From the sequence record ON286973: DNA of 64,000 nucleotides; one strand, 5' to 3'. The stretch comes from Escherichia phage A51.2. Shown piece by piece: positions 26,698 through 36,139 of the stretch. Made by a program: the position numbers and the translations under genes. The stretch's first letter is position 1; the number at the start of each line of letters is the position of its first letter. A model generated the notes under the pieces. That model had not been told where the DNA came from and ran no database searches. It saw nothing but the letters and a program-made list of their open reading frames with translations.

Positions 26698-27744
26698 ATG
26701 AATTTAACACCTCGCAGCACCATGGTACACGGCATGAAAGAAAAACAGAACGGTTTCGAACCTATGAGTAATAAAATGTTTGGTATGCCGGGCGGTATCA
26801 TGGAAACATACAGCTACCCAACACCTGTTGTTGACCACGTTCTTTATATCGACGATTTGGAAGACCTGCAGGATCATATGTCTCGTCTGCAGACGATCCG
26901 TATGGCTCAGCCGGAAGAAAGCATTCGGGTGATCATCAATAGCCCTGGTGGTTGCGTGCACATTGCAATGGCTTATCTACAGGCATTCCGCGAGTCTCAG
27001 GCAAGCGTTGTTGCACATGCTGAAGGGATGTGCTGCTCTGCGGGAACAATCTTATGGCTGGGTTGTAAAGAACGCACTGTGGCTCCGGACACAGAATTTA
27101 TGTTCCACTACTATCAAGGTGGCACTTATGGTAACGGTGTGAACATGAATACTCAGGTCAGCTACTGGAAAAAACGTTTTGAACGCCTGATCGAAAAATA
27201 CTACGGTGGGGTGCTGACAGAAGATGAGATCGCATCCATCACAGCTGGTGGTGAAGTGTGGTTGGACGGAGAGGAGCTGGCAGCTCGAACTGGAGCCATC
27301 ATTCTGGATGAAGGTAACATACAGCGCATCCAGAACGGACAAAAACCTAAAAAGCTTCTGGCAAAAGGTGATGAAGGCGTGTTAGGTGAAGCAGGTCTTC
27401 CTGAGATTCACCAGTGCACCTCTTTAGATGAGCTAGTTCATGCTGTTGAATCTGCGAAAGCGGTTGGTTCGAAAGGTGATGTTCACACTGTGTTCCTAAA
27501 TCTGCAGATGGAAAGTGGTGAGACCATTAAGATTGCCTTAGGTGAGATTACCTCAGAAGATCTGCAGCGATTCTCTGTCGTTGAACTTCAAGACATTCTG
27601 TCCCAATTGAAGACAACCCTGAACGGCGGTGAAGAGGTTAAGGTAAAAGATAAGACTCGCAAGCGTCTGGTGGACAATATTATTAAAACAGCAAAAGAGC
27701 TCAATGAAAAAATCCTGGGTGCAGGAATTGTCGAAGAAGCTTAA
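26698..27744 (+). CDS. ClpP-like serine protease (putative)
   Basis: INSPGG, MCCSAGT (Ser) and HYYQGG (His) parallel the ClpP triad region; long C-terminal extension. Confidence 0.6.
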   Translation: MNLTPRSTMVHGMKEKQNGFEPMSNKMFGMPGGIMETYSYPTPVVDHVLYIDDLEDLQDHMSRLQTIRMAQPEESIRVIINSPGGCVHIAMAYLQAFRESQASVVAHAEGMCCSAGTILWLGCKERTVAPDTEFMFHYYQGGTYGNGVNMNTQVSYWKKRFERLIEKYYGGVLTEDEIASITAGGEVWLDGEELAARTGAIILDEGNIQRIQNGQKPKKLLAKGDEGVLGEAGLPEIHQCTSLDELVHAVESAKAVGSKGDVHTVFLNLQMESGETIKIALGEITSEDLQRFSVVELQDILSQLKTTLNGGEEVKVKDKTRKRLVDNIIKTAKELNEKILGAGIVEEA

Positions 27745-27756
27745 ACATTAATTCTA

Positions 27757-27782
27757 AAGCCCTCTTCGGAGGGCTTTTATGA
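27757..27782 (+). terminator. Intrinsic terminator AAGCCCTC-TTCG-GAGGGCTT followed by TTTATGATC
   Basis: Read directly. Confidence 0.6.
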
Positions 27783-27795
27783 TCTGGAGATTTGC

Positions 27796-28329
27796 ATGAC
27801 TTGTGCTAGAAAACCTGATGAACAACGTAACGCTTACGATGAGTATGTGACACCGGAGTGGTGTGCAGAAGGGCTGTATGACCTTATTCCGTTCCCAGAA
27901 GACTGGACCTATTTAGAGCCTTGCAGGAATAGTGCCTCAGGTGTGTTCTACTCACGTATGCCGTTAGGATCTGCATGGGGAGAAATCCAAGAAGGTGTTG
28001 ACTATCTGAATACAGAATACAACCATGTTGACTGTATTATCACCAACCCACCATACAGTTTGGCTCGTGAGTTTGTAGACAAGGCGTTGAAAGATGCTGA
28101 CGTAGTTATTATGCTTTTGCGTCTTAATTTTCTGGAAAGCAAAGCCAGATTTGAATGGTGGCTTGATAATGCACCTACCACTGTGATCACAATATCTAAG
28201 CGTCCATCTTTTCAATCAAATGGCAGAACTGACGGGCAAGCATATGCATATTTTGTCTGGGATAAGAAAAACCGTTTAGACTTGCCGCCATTTATGTGGT
28301 TGGCACCTCCAGAGGTAGACCTGAAATGA
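27796..28329 (+). CDS. DNA methyltransferase (N6-adenine or N4-cytosine, NPPY type)
   Basis: IITNPPYS catalytic motif; small (177 aa). Confidence 0.6.
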   Translation: MTCARKPDEQRNAYDEYVTPEWCAEGLYDLIPFPEDWTYLEPCRNSASGVFYSRMPLGSAWGEIQEGVDYLNTEYNHVDCIITNPPYSLAREFVDKALKDADVVIMLLRLNFLESKARFEWWLDNAPTTVITISKRPSFQSNGRTDGQAYAYFVWDKKNRLDLPPFMWLAPPEVDLK

Positions 28330-28610
28330 AAATGAGTGCTAAGGACAAATTACACCAGTTAGCGCTAAAACGTCCTGTAACGCTTCCTGACGAGCTTAAC
28401 TCTATTTATGATGCGATTGTAGGGGAGATACAAAATAAAGCGTTAGCAGGCTTTCTGGGGTGCGGATTTTCGATAAATCTACCATCGCATCTCTCAGATT
28501 ACTTCCCGCACATTGTTGGAGATTTAAGGGCAGGAGGTCTGCAGGTAGATGTTGTTGGCATCTCCCCAGAGAAAAATAATACGGTTGCCTACTTGACAGT
28601 AACCTGGTAG
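28326..28610 (+). CDS. Hypothetical protein
   Basis: ORF; ATGA overlap with the methyltransferase stop. Confidence 0.4.
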   Translation: MKMSAKDKLHQLALKRPVTLPDELNSIYDAIVGEIQNKALAGFLGCGFSINLPSHLSDYFPHIVGDLRAGGLQVDVVGISPEKNNTVAYLTVTW

Positions 28611-28646
28611 TTGTGTATTGTTGTTTTCAACAAGAGGGGGTCATTT

Positions 28647-28886
28647 ATGTACAAGTCATTTTCAATCTACTCAAGACAGTCGAAACACTACACAGAGATC
28701 CTGATCACTCAGAAAAAATCTGTGGAAGGTGAGTGGGAATATCACCATAAAATGTTGCGTCCAGACTGGGTTTTTGATAGACTTATTGCTATGATCCCTC
28801 TCGGAGAAGTATACCCTCTGACAGCCCATCGCGATGCTTGGGATTTAATTGATTACATAGATTCATTTAAGGAGCCTAGATTATGA
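28647..28886 (+). CDS. Hypothetical protein
   Basis: ORF; start refined after AGAGGGGG. Confidence 0.4.
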   Translation: MYKSFSIYSRQSKHYTEILITQKKSVEGEWEYHHKMLRPDWVFDRLIAMIPLGEVYPLTAHRDAWDLIDYIDSFKEPRL

Positions 28887-29281
28887 AGATTGAGATTACT
28901 AAAGAAGGTAAGAAAGTGTCCGGCAACTATGCAACAGTAATTCGGGATTTAATGTTTGAAGCCACCAAGATCGGTACATCTAAAGTTGGTCAAACTGTTA
29001 GTGTGCAAAGTAATATCTCCACAGGAGAGAAGGTATTCATTGTGGTCAAAGGGCAGGATCCCGTGGAAGGAACAGTGGGCCGAGGTGGCTACCTGTGCAT
29101 TTCTGAAGAGCCGCGTATGTTAGTGGCTGACGCTACTATGGGTGGGAAACGTGTGTGCGAGGCGGATGAGGTAATGATTATCCAACCTGTTGATCCAGAT
29201 GACCCAGCAACTTGGGTGGTAGGAAATGAAATCTTCTCTTTAGAAGAGTTATCCTTCCCAGCACCGCGCTCTGTTCAGTAA
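28883..29281 (+). CDS. Small acidic protein, paralog family A (MKIEIT N-terminus)
   Basis: Shares N-terminal and acidic C-terminal features with other family A members. Confidence 0.45.
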   Translation: MKIEITKEGKKVSGNYATVIRDLMFEATKIGTSKVGQTVSVQSNISTGEKVFIVVKGQDPVEGTVGRGGYLCISEEPRMLVADATMGGKRVCEADEVMIIQPVDPDDPATWVVGNEIFSLEELSFPAPRSVQ

Positions 29282-29318
29282 TAATTTATCTTACCAGGGA
29301 CGGTAGGTAGGAGGTAGC

Positions 29319-29552
29319 ATGAAAGTTAAATTTCTTACAGATTTAGGGTACCCTTCCTTGGTTGACTGTGTTGGTAAAATTGTGGAAGCAAAACGGCTAT
29401 CTGCAAACGAGAATGTTGTCCTGGTTAAAGGGAAGGATTTACTAGCTGCAGGTGCAGAGTCTGGCAGGATCTCTCCTGATTATATGTATTACCTATCTTT
29501 AAGTAATCTGCCAGAGCGAGGCGGTAAAGGCCTTGAAGTTGTGGAGGAGTGA
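29319..29552 (+). CDS. Small acidic protein, paralog family A (MKVKFL ... LEVVEE)
   Basis: Family A N- and C-terminal signatures. Confidence 0.45.
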   Translation: MKVKFLTDLGYPSLVDCVGKIVEAKRLSANENVVLVKGKDLLAAGAESGRISPDYMYYLSLSNLPERGGKGLEVVEE

Positions 29553-30082
29553 CAGGTATGCTTCTGATTAACTGGGAAGACCTCTATGGGGACAAAGACC
29601 CTGTTGCGTTTGTTGATCGTAGGTGGAGATACACTGAAGAACAACTGGCGGCAAAAAATTTAACTGCAAAACGCAGAAAGATCATCCAGTGCAAGTACAA
29701 ATACGCACAGTTTGCTGCAAAAGTGTCTCCACAAATCGAGAGCTTTGTGCTTAAATTGTATGACGAGTACCTCAAATTCAAATTGGATTTTGTGCAGGTG
29801 TACCGTGCACAGGTACGACCAGATACCAACATATGTAGATGGAAGGTTGTTTGTGAAGGTAAAGATTTGCCGCTCAGCTTGACAATTGAGTGGCGTTATG
29901 GGTATCATGAGTGTGGTCTGTATGATATTTGGGATGTCATTGTAGATCCTGCTAAGCATCTGAACACAGAGGAGCTGGAATATATCAATAAGGTTATTCT
30001 CGATATGTTTTTCAGCTACACACATGAAAACTCTGAGAAAGAACGGGATAATTTTCTTGACACCCTCAGCGACCATTTGTAG
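29549..30082 (+). CDS. Hypothetical protein
   Basis: 177-aa ORF. Confidence 0.4.
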   Translation: MTGMLLINWEDLYGDKDPVAFVDRRWRYTEEQLAAKNLTAKRRKIIQCKYKYAQFAAKVSPQIESFVLKLYDEYLKFKLDFVQVYRAQVRPDTNICRWKVVCEGKDLPLSLTIEWRYGYHECGLYDIWDVIVDPAKHLNTEELEYINKVILDMFFSYTHENSEKERDNFLDTLSDHL

Positions 30083-30112
30083 TATACAATTTAACCTACA
30101 AAGGGAGGACCA

Positions 30113-30340
30113 ATGAGTATAAATGTTGTGCTAATAGGTTACCTGGTAATGTCCGTTATAACAGCGGTATTCTTGACAGGTGTATGCATCGTGTCCAGAC
30201 GAAGGGTGAAGTTTGATGATTTTATCACCATCATCACTGCTGCACCTTTTTGGCCTGTTGTTATCTTCATCGTAATAATGTGCCTAGTTGATTACTACAA
30301 GAATATCAGGAAGGAGAGTAGGGATGGAGACTGCACCTAA
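30113..30340 (+). CDS. Small membrane protein
   Basis: Two hydrophobic segments. Confidence 0.4.
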   Translation: MSINVVLIGYLVMSVITAVFLTGVCIVSRRRVKFDDFITIITAAPFWPVVIFIVIMCLVDYYKNIRKESRDGDCT

Positions 30341-30476
30341 AACTATCTATACTGTTCTTAAAGAGATTGCGTTCTACGCAGATCTTAGCCAGGCACCTTT
30401 ATGGGAAAAGAGCATGTATTTAAAATGGTGCGTTAATTTAGGGAGACCTTCCAGTGTTTCAAGCCATGTTTATTGA
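30324..30476 (+). CDS. Hypothetical small protein
   Basis: ORF; start refined after GGAAGGAGAG. Confidence 0.3.
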   Translation: METAPKTIYTVLKEIAFYADLSQAPLWEKSMYLKWCVNLGRPSSVSSHVY

Positions 30477-30576
30477 GATGCTATCTGGGATATTGTTACT
30501 GGTAGCCATCTTAGGTGGTGCAGTTCTGATGTATAACTATCTTGAAAAAGGAGACAGCAATGGTAAAAAATAAATC
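30469..30576 (+). CDS. Small membrane peptide, 35 aa (MFIEMLSGILLLVAILGGAVLMY...)
   Basis: Micro-ORF with one transmembrane segment; below track cutoff. Confidence 0.3.
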
Positions 30577-30745
30577 TTTAGAGCAGGCTGAAAACCTTCT
30601 CCACGAGCTGGTAAAGGAGTGGAAAGTTGAATACTCAGATTTTAATGCACGAGAGGGTGAAGAATATTGGCCTACGGAGCGCTCAGAGGGCGAATGGTAT
30701 CAAGATTTTATAGAGTGGTTATATCAGACGTGCGATGAGGGGTGA
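30560..30745 (+). CDS. Hypothetical protein
   Basis: ORF; start refined after AAGGAGACA. Confidence 0.4.
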   Translation: MVKNKSLEQAENLLHELVKEWKVEYSDFNAREGEEYWPTERSEGEWYQDFIEWLYQTCDEG

Positions 30746-31212
30746 CGATGTTTGTTAAATATGTAAAAACGTGCCTCAACAGTCTTGGCAGAGAGCATTG
30801 GTACACCTTGCTTGAAAAAGGGGAAATTTTAACAAAATCTGGAAAGATAACTTTGATACCTCTTGATAGTAAAGGTAAAGACCCGTCACGACTTGTTATA
30901 GATGATTACGTTACAGGTGTGACGTTCGAGGTCTCTGTGGAGAGGTTAATACGCAGAGCTGGCGGCCCTTATGACCGAAGAGAGTATGTTTTCGATTCCG
31001 TTACAGAGATGGGGGAGCATCCGTCTTTAATGTTCAGGATGGTAATCAGAGATATGAGGTCATCTATAGATAGGATCGTAAAGGACATTAAGGAACCTTT
31101 TAGAGTAAAAGTTAAGAAGTTTTTCGATTCTAAGATTAACATACTCGCCGTTGCACTAGGTGTAGTTCAACTTCTGTTAATTTTGCACTATTTTGAACTA
31201 CTATTTAAGTAG
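30742..31212 (+). CDS. Hypothetical protein with C-terminal hydrophobic segment
   Basis: ORF. Confidence 0.4.
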   Translation: MTMFVKYVKTCLNSLGREHWYTLLEKGEILTKSGKITLIPLDSKGKDPSRLVIDDYVTGVTFEVSVERLIRRAGGPYDRREYVFDSVTEMGEHPSLMFRMVIRDMRSSIDRIVKDIKEPFRVKVKKFFDSKINILAVALGVVQLLLILHYFELLFK

Positions 31213-31274
31213 TAGTTGAGATATGGCACAAAGGATGTGCCATAGTGAAATAAACTAAGAAAGAGGTAGAGAGA

Positions 31275-31622
31275 ATGCCAAAGATTAAAACGTTATTACT
31301 GTGGGTAGCTGTTTTAGCTTTTATAGGGTACTGGACTTGGGAAACTGAATTAAAAGATATCGGATATACCAGTCTTGAGAGCAAGGCGTGCATTGGCATA
31401 ACCGATGCGTTCAGGCAAAATGCTATGGATCACGAATGTGTTGATGCAGATATAGATGAGAAACTGTCTAAGGACAAAGATTTTTACCATGGGCATGCTT
31501 TACTTGATAGTGGTGACACTGTAGAGTTCTGGTCGTGGTTTCGTGAAGATGGAACAATAAAAACAGCAGTAAAGATCTCTAACAAAGAGTTAATGCTGTT
31601 GCAGCAAAAGGAGGCTCAATGA
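31275..31622 (+). CDS. Hypothetical protein with N-terminal transmembrane anchor
   Basis: ORF; LLLWVAVLAFIGYWTW. Confidence 0.4.
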   Translation: MPKIKTLLLWVAVLAFIGYWTWETELKDIGYTSLESKACIGITDAFRQNAMDHECVDADIDEKLSKDKDFYHGHALLDSGDTVEFWSWFREDGTIKTAVKISNKELMLLQQKEAQ

Positions 31623-31906
31623 TCTGGATATCCTATGCTGATGGCACCATGCTGTATACTGCAGGTACCAGATATGAAGTTCAGGAGAACGATAAAAAAT
31701 TTATCGTAAAAACATTTGACAAGGACGACAACCTTTTGCTAGAATTGACTTACAAAGTTGGAGAGGTATCCAATATCCAGTTGGATTGTGGTCATAAAGA
31801 TAATCCACTCAAAAAACCTGGAGTAGGTAAGGCTTCAGAAGAACGTCTGTCTCGTATTGCAGAAAGCGTTTCTCCCCAAAAATCTAAGAAGAGGACTAGA
31901 AAATGA
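31619..31906 (+). CDS. Hypothetical protein
   Basis: ORF. Confidence 0.4.
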   Translation: MIWISYADGTMLYTAGTRYEVQENDKKFIVKTFDKDDNLLLELTYKVGEVSNIQLDCGHKDNPLKKPGVGKASEERLSRIAESVSPQKSKKRTRK

Positions 31907-32097
31907 AAAACTTACGTTTTAACACTTATTACTACAACACATTGAATGATTTGTATTATATTGTTCGAAGTAAAAGTCCTGAAACAGTCCTATTCTGCCG
32001 CGAACCTTTCAAAGGGGAGGAAGTAGAGTCTGAGATGAATGTTAGCCAGATCACCTCTTTGTTGCTCTCAGGCGCAATGGAAGAAGCAATATTCTAA
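31903..32097 (+). CDS. Hypothetical protein
   Basis: ORF. Confidence 0.35.
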   Translation: MKNLRFNTYYYNTLNDLYYIVRSKSPETVLFCREPFKGEEVESEMNVSQITSLLLSGAMEEAIF

Positions 32098-32115
32098 ACC
32101 AGGCAGGAGGGTTTT

Positions 32116-32301
32116 ATGAAGCACTATTGCCTGTCTGGTAGAATGGGTGCAGATTGTGATTGGGTTTTCTTAAAACTTGTCAGCATTCGAGAGTTCATCC
32201 CAGAGGAAGAGCAAGAAAGCGAGCTGATGTCATGGATCAACCATTACGGTAACACTTTTCGGCATGTTAAGGTAGAAGAGTTGCCAAGCGAGGCTGATTG
32301 A
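32116..32301 (+). CDS. Hypothetical protein
   Basis: ORF. Confidence 0.35.
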   Translation: MKHYCLSGRMGADCDWVFLKLVSIREFIPEEEQESELMSWINHYGNTFRHVKVEELPSEAD

Positions 32302-32303
32302 CT

Positions 32304-32393
32304 ATGATTGCATCAATATTAACGTTTATGGGTGGCGTGGCATTCGGATTCATTGTTTGCCTGTTTATAGTGATTATGTCTATGCGAGGCTGA
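32304..32393 (+). CDS. Small membrane peptide, 29 aa (MIASILTFMGGVAFGFIVCLFIVIMSMRG)
   Basis: Micro-ORF, single transmembrane segment. Confidence 0.3.
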   Translation: MIASILTFMGGVAFGFIVCLFIVIMSMRG

Positions 32394-32396
32394 ATT

Positions 32397-32693
32397 ATGA
32401 AACTTTTTGAGTGGTTTAAAAAGTTTAAATATAAAGCTGTAGCCATCGTGCCGTGGTCCATTCAGTGGGTTGATGAAGGTGGTCTACCGATACCTGGTGA
32501 CAAAGATACTGGGTACTGGATTATGATGGAGAACGGGTTTGGAAAGCGAAAGTATACGTGCACAAACTCTACTCGATCTGCACTTAATAGAGTGCCTGGT
32601 TACAAACTTATGGTTGTGTGGAAAATGTCAGGCGTGCCTCCAGCCAATGCTCAATTTCTTACTGACAATCCGACCACGGTAGAGGGAGATTGA
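32397..32693 (+). CDS. Hypothetical protein
   Basis: ORF. Confidence 0.4.
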   Translation: MKLFEWFKKFKYKAVAIVPWSIQWVDEGGLPIPGDKDTGYWIMMENGFGKRKYTCTNSTRSALNRVPGYKLMVVWKMSGVPPANAQFLTDNPTTVEGD

Positions 32694-32977
32694 TAATGAA
32701 AAAGATTAACAGTAGTGAAGTAGAGTTTAAACTTGTCGGAAAAGGCACTTACTGGGAAGTTCGTCAAAAGGTATATTTGTTCGGTCTTATTCCCTACTGG
32801 TCTAAATTCTACTGGGGAGCTAACGAGTTGGGAAGATACGCCACCAAATCAATGGCACTTATTGGTATAGCAGAGTACATTGCAGCCCGAGACAGGGTTG
32901 GAACCACTTATTACTACACTGCTGACGATATTCGTAACAGTGTTTACGTCCCACAACCACCTGATGGAGACCGTTGA
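32690..32977 (+). CDS. Hypothetical protein
   Basis: ORF. Confidence 0.4.
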   Translation: MIMKKINSSEVEFKLVGKGTYWEVRQKVYLFGLIPYWSKFYWGANELGRYATKSMALIGIAEYIAARDRVGTTYYYTADDIRNSVYVPQPPDGDR

Positions 32978-33201
32978 TGAAAGTTAAAGTTTTAGATTCA
33001 AGCTTCTATATTGGTCAGGAGCCTTTAGTAGGAAAAGTGTTTACTGCTGTCCCTAACGAAGATTACCCTGACCTTTTAAAAATAAAAGGAGCAGATCTTA
33101 TTGCCGCTGGTGCATCTCAGGAATGCTTTGACAGTCAGTGGACCTATAACTTTGCCCTAGGTGAGGATGTAGAGGTAGTGGAGGACGATCATGAAGGTTA
33201 A
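32974..33201 (+). CDS. Small acidic protein, paralog family A (MMKVKVLDSSFYIGQ ... VEVVEDD)
   Basis: Clear paralog of 33191..33445. Confidence 0.5.
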   Translation: MMKVKVLDSSFYIGQEPLVGKVFTAVPNEDYPDLLKIKGADLIAAGASQECFDSQWTYNFALGEDVEVVEDDHEG

Positions 33202-33445
33202 AATTCTTGATTCTAACGTCTACTTGGGACAATCCTTCCTGAATGGAAAGGTCGTTCCTGCGGTATACTTTGAAGGGTTGCCGTGGGATGATCCTGTGCG
33301 GCAACATCACAGTTATGTAGGCCACAACGTGGTGTTTATCTTGGGATCAGACCTGATCACCGCTGGTGCACCTGAATATTATTTCGGGGAAGAGTCCTAC
33401 TATGCCTTTGGGGTAGGGTCAGATGCAGATATTGTAGAGCTGTGA
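33191..33445 (+). CDS. Small acidic protein, paralog family A (MKVKILDSNVYLGQ ... DIVEL)
   Basis: Clear paralog of 32974..33201. Confidence 0.5.
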   Translation: MKVKILDSNVYLGQSFLNGKVVPAVYFEGLPWDDPVRQHHSYVGHNVVFILGSDLITAGAPEYYFGEESYYAFGVGSDADIVEL

Positions 33446-33457
33446 TGGGTAACCGTT

Positions 33458-33856
33458 GTGAAAAATAAACTGTTTAAAGTTACAATGAAAATTCGCGGGG
33501 CTTGGAGCGTAAAGCAAGGGCGTATTCCAGAATTTGAGAAAGACTTCTACGTAGTCTCCACCTCGGAGGAGGCTGCATGCTGGCAGGCTGGCTATGCCTA
33601 TGCAAGAACCTGGTACGAAGGATACCAGACTGGGGGCTATGACGGAGAAATTATCAGCAAGGGTGTAGAAGAAATTAATGTGTTGACAAGTGAAAAAGTT
33701 TTTGTTATAGTGCATCCAGATTCCAGAGTGAAGCATTACTGGAATGCCAGAACAAAAACTTGGACACCGTTTGCAGATTCTGCTACGCCACTTTTAAACC
33801 AGAAAGCTCTTGACTCTGCCCCAAGTTATGGGGTTGTTGAAGAAAAGCTAAACTGA
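33458..33856 (+). CDS. Hypothetical protein, paralog family B (HPDS ... HYWN ... WTP)
   Basis: Paralog of 35668..36063. Confidence 0.45.
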   Translation: MKNKLFKVTMKIRGAWSVKQGRIPEFEKDFYVVSTSEEAACWQAGYAYARTWYEGYQTGGYDGEIISKGVEEINVLTSEKVFVIVHPDSRVKHYWNARTKTWTPFADSATPLLNQKALDSAPSYGVVEEKLN

Positions 33857-33873
33857 AACAGTGAGGTGTCACC

Positions 33874-34164
33874 ATGATGGATTTAATTCTAAATATTGAT
33901 AACGCAGGAGAGTTTAAAGACGATGGTGTAACAAGCATGGACAAACCCTGCTCTGCTAAGGTTGACTCAAAATGGACCTACAAGTTTGACGGAGAGATCT
34001 TCGCAAATGATGAGAAGGTTGTAGATGCTGCAGCCATTTTAAACGCTCTAGGGTACGACCCTGTGAATTCTTTGATCAAGGATCCTGTTGAGTTTGCAGA
34101 GTATGTTCGAAAAATGGCAGATCTTGCTGTGGATATTTTAAAAACTATCGACAACAAGCTGTAA
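33874..34164 (+). CDS. Hypothetical protein
   Basis: ORF. Confidence 0.4.
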   Translation: MMDLILNIDNAGEFKDDGVTSMDKPCSAKVDSKWTYKFDGEIFANDEKVVDAAAILNALGYDPVNSLIKDPVEFAEYVRKMADLAVDILKTIDNKL

Positions 34165-34170
34165 AAACTG

Positions 34171-34199
34171 TTGACACAACGCTTCAGATTTAGTATCAT
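34171..34199 (+). promoter_or_regulatory. Sigma70-like promoter, TTGACA-17bp-TATCAT, upstream of the HPF-like gene
   Basis: Read directly. Confidence 0.55.
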
Positions 34200-34248
34200 T
34201 GTTTTCAAAGAGAGATAGTTATTCCCTCTTCCTTAAAAGGAACACGTT

Positions 34249-34569
34249 ATGCAAATTGAAATCACTGGCAACAATGTAGAAATCACAGAAGGTATGGTAT
34301 CTTTTATTTCCCGCAAAATGTCCAAGCTGGAGCGTTTACATCCCTCTGTTAACTATGCACGTGTGAGTGTAAAAGTTGAAAATGATCACCAGGAAGTTAT
34401 GGCGTTCATTTTTGACAATTCTGGAAAAGAAGTTATTGCCAAGGCTAAAGGCAGTGATGCTTACGAGGCAACTGACCGTATGGTAGATGTTGCAGCACGT
34501 CAGCTGGCTAAATGCGGTGGAAAGAAAGGTAAGGGGAAAGGCAAAGTAAAGATTGACTTTGGAGAATGA
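34249..34569 (+). CDS. hpf: Ribosome hibernation promoting factor / RaiA (YfiA) family protein
   Basis: N-terminus MQIEITGNNVEITEGMVSFISRKMSKLE is near-identical in pattern to E. coli HPF MQLNITGNNVEITEALREFVTAKFAKLE; basic Lys/Gly-rich tail. Confidence 0.85.
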   Translation: MQIEITGNNVEITEGMVSFISRKMSKLERLHPSVNYARVSVKVENDHQEVMAFIFDNSGKEVIAKAKGSDAYEATDRMVDVAARQLAKCGGKKGKGKGKVKIDFGE

Positions 34570-34706
34570 GGTGCTACAATGGGTGTGATTAAGAAATTAG
34601 TCCCAAATGTAGAGATTGCATGCTTTGAAATTATGTTTGCAATCGCAGTTGTAGTTAATGTGTTAGGTTACGGCTATTAATATCAAATAATTGAGGAGAC
34701 CTCTAA

Positions 34707-34976
34707 ATGAAAATTAAATTATTCCAAACTGAGCTGGCAGACAAAAATTGTGGACTGGTTGAAGGCATGATTGTTGAAGCACAACCAGTGGACTATATGA
34801 AGGTGGTTCGTGATGCCCTAGGTGAAGGTTTTGATCTGATGGAGCCAGCTCTGCGAGAAGATGTTATCGAGATGGCTAAAAAGCACACACCTGAAGGTTT
34901 GGTGGTGTTTGTTGCACCGGGTAACGGAGAAGAGTTGATTGTAACTCCTGATGTGTATGAGATTGTAGAGGAATAA
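34707..34976 (+). CDS. Small acidic protein, paralog family A (MKIKLF ... EIVEE)
   Basis: Family A signatures. Confidence 0.45.
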   Translation: MKIKLFQTELADKNCGLVEGMIVEAQPVDYMKVVRDALGEGFDLMEPALREDVIEMAKKHTPEGLVVFVAPGNGEELIVTPDVYEIVEE

Positions 34977-35067
34977 TCCTGCTTGGATTAGCATACTTCC
35001 TCGCTAAGGAAGATTTGTAATTATTTGTGGGAAAGGAGTCCCAATCTCTTACCAGAGGTGATACTAT

Positions 35068-35331
35068 ATGATTGTTTATTTTAAAACTTCAGGTGGATAC
35101 CCTGATTCTCAAAGCTTGATCGGAAAAACGTGCACAGCATACTCACCTCTTGATGAGGAGGTAAGCGATATTTTACGAAATATGTATCGGATTGACCCCC
35201 AAGAAGCCTTTGATCAAAACCTTGTATTTGTCAAGGGCTCAGATATGAAGTCTTTGGGAGCATTCCCTGAAGCAGATGATGATGCCGTTTATTCGTTCAT
35301 GACTCCTTTTGAAGCTATGGTTGTTGGGTGA
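35068..35331 (+). CDS. Small acidic protein, paralog family A-like
   Basis: Similar size and composition; ends AMVVG. Confidence 0.4.
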   Translation: MIVYFKTSGGYPDSQSLIGKTCTAYSPLDEEVSDILRNMYRIDPQEAFDQNLVFVKGSDMKSLGAFPEADDDAVYSFMTPFEAMVVG

Positions 35332-35335
35332 TAAT

Positions 35336-35668
35336 ATGAAAGTACGCTTTATTGGTGAAACAATTCCTGTGCATCTCCGGTCGCCTGAGGATTCTGCAGA
35401 TCTTGCATCTCAAAAGGCGAGAGGTTATGATAAGAAAGTAACCTCAACCGATGTAGTGCTTGAGGCTACTAGTCTACCTGACCCTGCTGCATTCTTTAAT
35501 CATTATGGGTACTATTTCAGCAATCTGATGAATATCGGTGAGCTTGTGTTTATTAGTGGTGGAGAAATTGTTAGCAAGCTTGGCGGCGATCCGGATGTCT
35601 TTCATGAAACCTGTCCTTTTGCATTTGTGGTGGGTTCAGATGTGGAAGTTATTGAGGAGGTGCGGTAA
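35336..35668 (+). CDS. Small acidic protein, paralog family A (MKVRFIG ... VEVIEEVR)
   Basis: Family A signatures; start refined to internal ATG 35336. Confidence 0.4.
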   Translation: MKVRFIGETIPVHLRSPEDSADLASQKARGYDKKVTSTDVVLEATSLPDPAAFFNHYGYYFSNLMNIGELVFISGGEIVSKLGGDPDVFHETCPFAFVVGSDVEVIEEVR

Positions 35669-36063
35669 TGGTAAGCCTATACCGTGTTGAGTATAGCTCA
35701 GATACTGTATACAACGTAAGAAGCAAAGATCGCAGCGACAGAGTGCAAGAAATGTATGTTCTTGCCGACAGTCCGTTATCTGCAGCGTTCAAGGCAGGGG
35801 CTCTTGCATCTCGTTGGAAATTTGAAGGCGGATCTTTCTATGAAGAAACCCTTGAAGATTCTGTTGTTATTTCTTCTGTAGAGGTTTCAGATGACTACGA
35901 AGGGAAAAAGTTCGTAATGCGGCACCCACACAGCAACATTGCGTACTACTGGGATGTTCTGAACAACGAGTGGACCCCAGATCTTCAGAAGGCTACTGTG
36001 CTAACACCGTTTTTGGCAGATAAGTTCCCACCAGAAGGTAATTTATCCGCACTGTTTCAGTAA
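35668..36063 (+). CDS. Hypothetical protein, paralog family B (HPHS ... YYWD ... WTP)
   Basis: Paralog of 33458..33856. Confidence 0.45.
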   Translation: MVSLYRVEYSSDTVYNVRSKDRSDRVQEMYVLADSPLSAAFKAGALASRWKFEGGSFYEETLEDSVVISSVEVSDDYEGKKFVMRHPHSNIAYYWDVLNNEWTPDLQKATVLTPFLADKFPPEGNLSALFQ

Positions 36064-36072
36064 TTTTCTTGC

Positions 36073-36110
36073 ACACAGGTGTTGACAACACCAACCCTGT
36101 GTGAAATAAT
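36073..36110 (+). promoter_or_regulatory. Promoter-like TTGACA-17bp-AATAAT with its -35 box inside an inverted repeat CACACAGG / CCTGTGTG
   Basis: Read directly. Confidence 0.45.
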
Positions 36111-36139
36111 ACCTTCATCTTAACAAGACGGGAGACTGA

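Noticed and set aside
26698-27744. Calling the ClpP-like protein a prohead maturation protease
   Set aside because: No capsid or portal genes are nearby; the gene sits in a metabolic/early block, so only the generic ClpP-like serine protease call is supported.
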